A model generated the notes under the pieces. The model saw only the letters and a list, made by a program, of their open reading frames with translations. It ran no database searches and was not told where the DNA came from. Positions 30,128-32,512 of a stretch of 32,512 bases of DNA are shown in pieces (the stretch's first letter is position 1; every line of letters starts with the position of its first letter). The stretch comes from a virus. A program made the position numbers and the translations under genes. Location: positions 1 to 32,512 of IMG/VR virus record IMGVR_UViG_3300012930_000010. One strand, written 5' to 3'.

Positions 30128-30444
30128 AACTGATCCGCTTCGCTCTCGTAAGCCTCACCAGTGGGGAAACCGATCTCGGCGGCTACGTGGACGCCAGCGA
30201 TGTGGTTTCCTGGAACGTGTGGAATATCCCCGACGACGTGAACGCGGGGCCGAACATTCACCGCAGGATGCGCGGCAAAAGCCTGGTGGCGTTGAACCTG
30301 CGCGGCGGCATTTGCCACTGGACGACGGAGAGCTTCGACGAAGTGAGCGCCAAACTCCTCGAGGCGCGCGGCCAGGCCGCCGACGCCAAAGCCCACAAAG
30401 AATTAGCCGATGGCGCCAAGCTAGAAAAATCGCGTTTCGCTTGA
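30124..30444 (+). CDS. Hypothetical protein, 106 aa
   Basis: ATGA overlap; MKLIRFALVSLTSGETDLGGYVDASDVVSWNVW... Confidence 0.65.
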   Translation: MKLIRFALVSLTSGETDLGGYVDASDVVSWNVWNIPDDVNAGPNIHRRMRGKSLVALNLRGGICHWTTESFDEVSAKLLEARGQAADAKAHKELADGAKLEKSRFA

Positions 30445-30457
30445 GGGGTACTACACG

Positions 30458-30829
30458 ATGAAGATTTTCAACGTCAGCCTGCGCGTGCAGATCACACAGA
30501 TCGCGCAGATCCCGGACAACCCCGAATCTCCCTCTCCGCAAGAGAAACAGCCCTTCAACGATGACCCGTTGGACAAGCAAGAAAAAATAATGAACAAGTA
30601 TTTCGACCGTCTGGCCGCGTTCCAGGGGCCGGTCGGCGGTGTCGTGTTCGCAACGGAGAGCGAAGGCGCTTCGATGAATCGCAGCGTCAAAGTGCAGGCG
30701 GAAACCTTCGAGGACCTCGCCGCCATCCTGCAAAAGTTTAGTGACACTCTGAAGCACATCCCCGAAGTTGACAGCTCGCTGCTGAAAGTGGCGATGCCGA
30801 CGATGCCGGCAACTCCATCGTTCGGGTAA
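30458..30829 (+). CDS. Hypothetical protein, 123 aa
   Basis: GAGGGG upstream; clean ORF. Confidence 0.65.
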   Translation: MKIFNVSLRVQITQIAQIPDNPESPSPQEKQPFNDDPLDKQEKIMNKYFDRLAAFQGPVGGVVFATESEGASMNRSVKVQAETFEDLAAILQKFSDTLKHIPEVDSSLLKVAMPTMPATPSFG

Positions 30830-30833
30830 CACT

Positions 30834-31262
30834 ATGGAACCGAAACAGGCCGCATTCGAGGGTTGGGCGATCGTGGAAATCTTCGGCCATCAGAAGGCCA
30901 TCGGTTTCGTGACGACGGAGGCGTTTGGCTCCGCCGTGCTCTTTCGAGTGGACAGTCCGGAATTGCCAGAGCGCGAATATACGCTTCCGCGTCCGCAGTT
31001 CACCAGCGACGGCAATGGTTCGAGAGAATGGACTCCCGCCGGCGCAAAAGTGAAACGCATGGCGGCCGGCGCGTCTTCGCAGCTTTTGGGGCCAGGCTCG
31101 ATTTATCGCCTGATTCCCTGCACCGAAGAGACAGCGCGCACCGCGATCGAGGAATTGATTTCGCCGCCGCTGATTTTGCTGGAACTCCCGCCAAAGCCAG
31201 AGCCATTGAAAGTGACCTGGCCGGAGGATGATTCACGAGATCCAATAGCGGCTGACAACTAG
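30834..31262 (+). CDS. Conserved-looking hypothetical protein, 142 aa
   Basis: GWAIVEIFGHQKAIGFVTTEAFGSAVLFRVDSP resembles a recurrent phage small-protein N-terminus (recalled from memory, not verified). Confidence 0.65.
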   Translation: MEPKQAAFEGWAIVEIFGHQKAIGFVTTEAFGSAVLFRVDSPELPEREYTLPRPQFTSDGNGSREWTPAGAKVKRMAAGASSQLLGPGSIYRLIPCTEETARTAIEELISPPLILLELPPKPEPLKVTWPEDDSRDPIAADN

Positions 31263-31425
31263 CAATTTGTCGGCTGCGGGAGAGTTAACCCACTAGAAAG
31301 GGGAGTCGTTGGTTTCGCAGTTCTGAATCTTAGTAGACGATGGCGACGGTCATCGGGCAAAACGGATCCAGAGAAGCCAGCGGCTCCCCACGAATTTTCT
31401 TTCGACTGTGAACTGGAGGCTTCCC

Positions 31426-31674
31426 GTGGAACTGCAATTCATTCTGGCGCTGCTCAGCATCGGCGCGAAGTACCTGCAAGGGCTAAAAAATAAAGGCGCG
31501 CAGACCGCCGGCAACGTGATCGACCTGGTGGACCAGGCTACACTGGCGGTGTTGCAGGAAAACGCCAAGGTGAAGGGTTTGACGATCGATTGGGCGGATC
31601 CAGACGCGGTGCAGGCGTTCATCGCCACGCTGCCCGCATTCACGCCGATCCCTTCAAAGGACTCGACAAAGTAA
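31426..31674 (+). CDS. Small hypothetical protein, 82 aa
   Basis: GTG at 31426 with GGAGG 7 nt upstream, preferred over the track start at 31408. Confidence 0.6.
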   Translation: MELQFILALLSIGAKYLQGLKNKGAQTAGNVIDLVDQATLAVLQENAKVKGLTIDWADPDAVQAFIATLPAFTPIPSKDSTK

Positions 31675-31712
31675 GACCCCTGTCGGGAGAAGATGAGCTG
31701 GGAAGTCAGCTA

Positions 31713-31763
31713 AAGAAGCGGCCGCCTTCGGTGGTTCGACCATCGCGGCCGCTTCTTTTTTTT
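31713..31763 (+). terminator. Strong rho-independent terminator at the convergence of the two arms (AAGAAGCGGCCGC ... GCGGCCGCTTCTT, then a T-run)
   Basis: 13-bp stem with an inner 5-bp stem, followed by T6-T8. The T-run overlaps the TAA of the convergent Gp37/68 gene. Confidence 0.8.
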
Positions 31764-32512
31764 ATTTCGGGAATTCGTTCCACTCGCGGCCATCGAGCAG
31801 CCGGCCGGCCTTTTTCTTGCCTATTTTTGTTAGCCAATCACCGGACTCCGTTTTCATAAACTGCGGGCCAACGTGCTCCTCTGGACCCGCTGCAAAGGGC
31901 GGTCCCCACGCACCCCACTGTTTGAAAAAGAACGGGACGCCGGCAGCCTGGCACTGGTCGCGCAGCGAGCGCGCCCAATCCGGATGCATCGGCCGCGCGT
32001 TTGTCCCGCTCTCTCCGCCGCACACCACCCAATCGATCTTTGGGTCACTCGCGTCTTTACGGTGCATCACTACCTCCGTAAGTCCGCGGCCTATAAACGA
32101 ACATTGGATCGGGCCGAGCAGCGGCTCGGCGGAGATCCAGCGCACCGCCGCCGGCGTCGCCAGCAGCAGCGGGATCCGTTCATCGGCGAAGTGCTGATTC
32201 TCCACGCTCACGCCCAGCCAGATATTTTTCAGGGGCCAAGTGATTCCAGACCATTTGAAAAACTCGATCATCCTGTCAGGGCGTTTTGTGAGGATTTGAA
32301 ACGTATGCTGCGGACATTTCCCCATCGTCCGCCAAATCTTACCAATCTCAGAAAACTCTATGCTTTCGTGGAATAGATCGCCCATGTCGCAGACGAAGAT
32401 GCGCCGCGGCGTGCGCCAGTGCAGCGGCTCCTCGAGCACTTTGGGGTCAATGCCGAAGACGTTGCGGACTTCGCCGGTCCACCGATGTTCGCCGGGATTA
32501 TTGACCGTAGCG
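31762..32512 (-). CDS. Gp37/Gp68-family (DUF5131) protein, 3' part (same gene as 1..266)
   Basis: ...[22 protein letters not shown]...ILTKRP...WLGVSVENQ...ISAEPLLGP...DWVVCGGESG...PFFFKQWG are hallmark blocks of the family. The track's M at 32439 is an internal GTG. Confidence 0.85.
   Translation of the reverse strand, partial: ATVNNPGEHRWTGEVRNVFGIDPKVLEEPLHWRTPRRIFVCDMGDLFHESIEFSEIGKIWRTMGKCPQHTFQILTKRPDRMIEFFKWSGITWPLKNIWLGVSVENQHFADERIPLLLATPAAVRWISAEPLLGPIQCSFIGRGLTEVVMHRKDASDPKIDWVVCGGESGTNARPMHPDWARSLRDQCQAAGVPFFFKQWGAWGPPFAAGPEEHVGPQFMKTESGDWLTKIGKKKAGRLLDGREWNEFPK
32390..32512. repeat. Terminal direct repeat, copy 2 (identical to 1..123)
   Basis: Same 123 nt as the window start. 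Confidence 0.9.

Noticed and set aside
31726-31745. GGTTCGA T-loop-like string, raising the question of a tRNA
   Set aside because: It sits in the loop of the strong terminator hairpin. No acceptor, D or anticodon arms can be drawn, and the inner loop is 5 nt rather than 7.
1-32512. Search for CRISPR arrays, integrase/att sites, transposase/IS ends and rRNA/tRNA genes
   Set aside because: Nothing resembling regularly spaced direct repeats, tyrosine or serine recombinase motifs, DDE motifs or tRNA cloverleaves was seen. The only long repeat is the terminal overlap.

Overview
The window is a complete, self-closing phage-like dsDNA genome. Bases 1-123 are identical to 32390-32512, so the unit is 32,389 bp, either circular or terminally redundant. 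It is high-GC and almost gap-free. I resolved reading frames by third-position GC and by ATGA/GTGA/TGATG stop-start overlaps, which overrides several entries of the ORF track.

There are two arms. The leftward (minus-strand) early arm runs 10935 -> 1 and on across the junction to 31762. It holds about 25 mostly tiny, translationally coupled genes:
- a DnaB-N/RepA-like helicase with a C-terminal HTH
- an RHH regulator
- an ASCH protein
- a C5-cytosine and a Dam-type N6-adenine DNA methyltransferase
- several Cys-rich mini-proteins
- a Gp37/Gp68 (DUF5131) gene that spans the junction

The rightward (plus-strand) late arm runs 11230 -> 31674 and encodes:
- a transglutaminase-like protein
- a run of C-terminally tail-anchored membrane proteins sharing an N-terminal MY...(M/L)G(R/Q)(L/M)G motif
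- two protamine-like proteins with basic NP motifs
- beta-rich paralogues that may be capsid or vertex proteins
- two large beta-rich spike or fibre-like proteins
- two lysozyme-like enzymes and small membrane proteins

I recognise no tRNA, rRNA, CRISPR, integrase or transposase. By eye I also see no terminase, portal, tape measure or packaging ATPase. That absence, together with the membrane-protein load, makes a non-tailed, membrane-containing virion a live hypothesis.

Non-coding highlights:
- a family of at least 8 stem-loops with an invariant TACTTR loop, co-varying stems and a trailing A-run
- an iteron field plus an AT-rich block next to the helicase gene (candidate origin)
- an RHH promoter with duplicated operators
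- a 17-nt motif present twice
- an in-frame amber codon sitting in a hairpin loop of an otherwise intact early gene

All functional calls come from motifs read by eye. No database search was possible.
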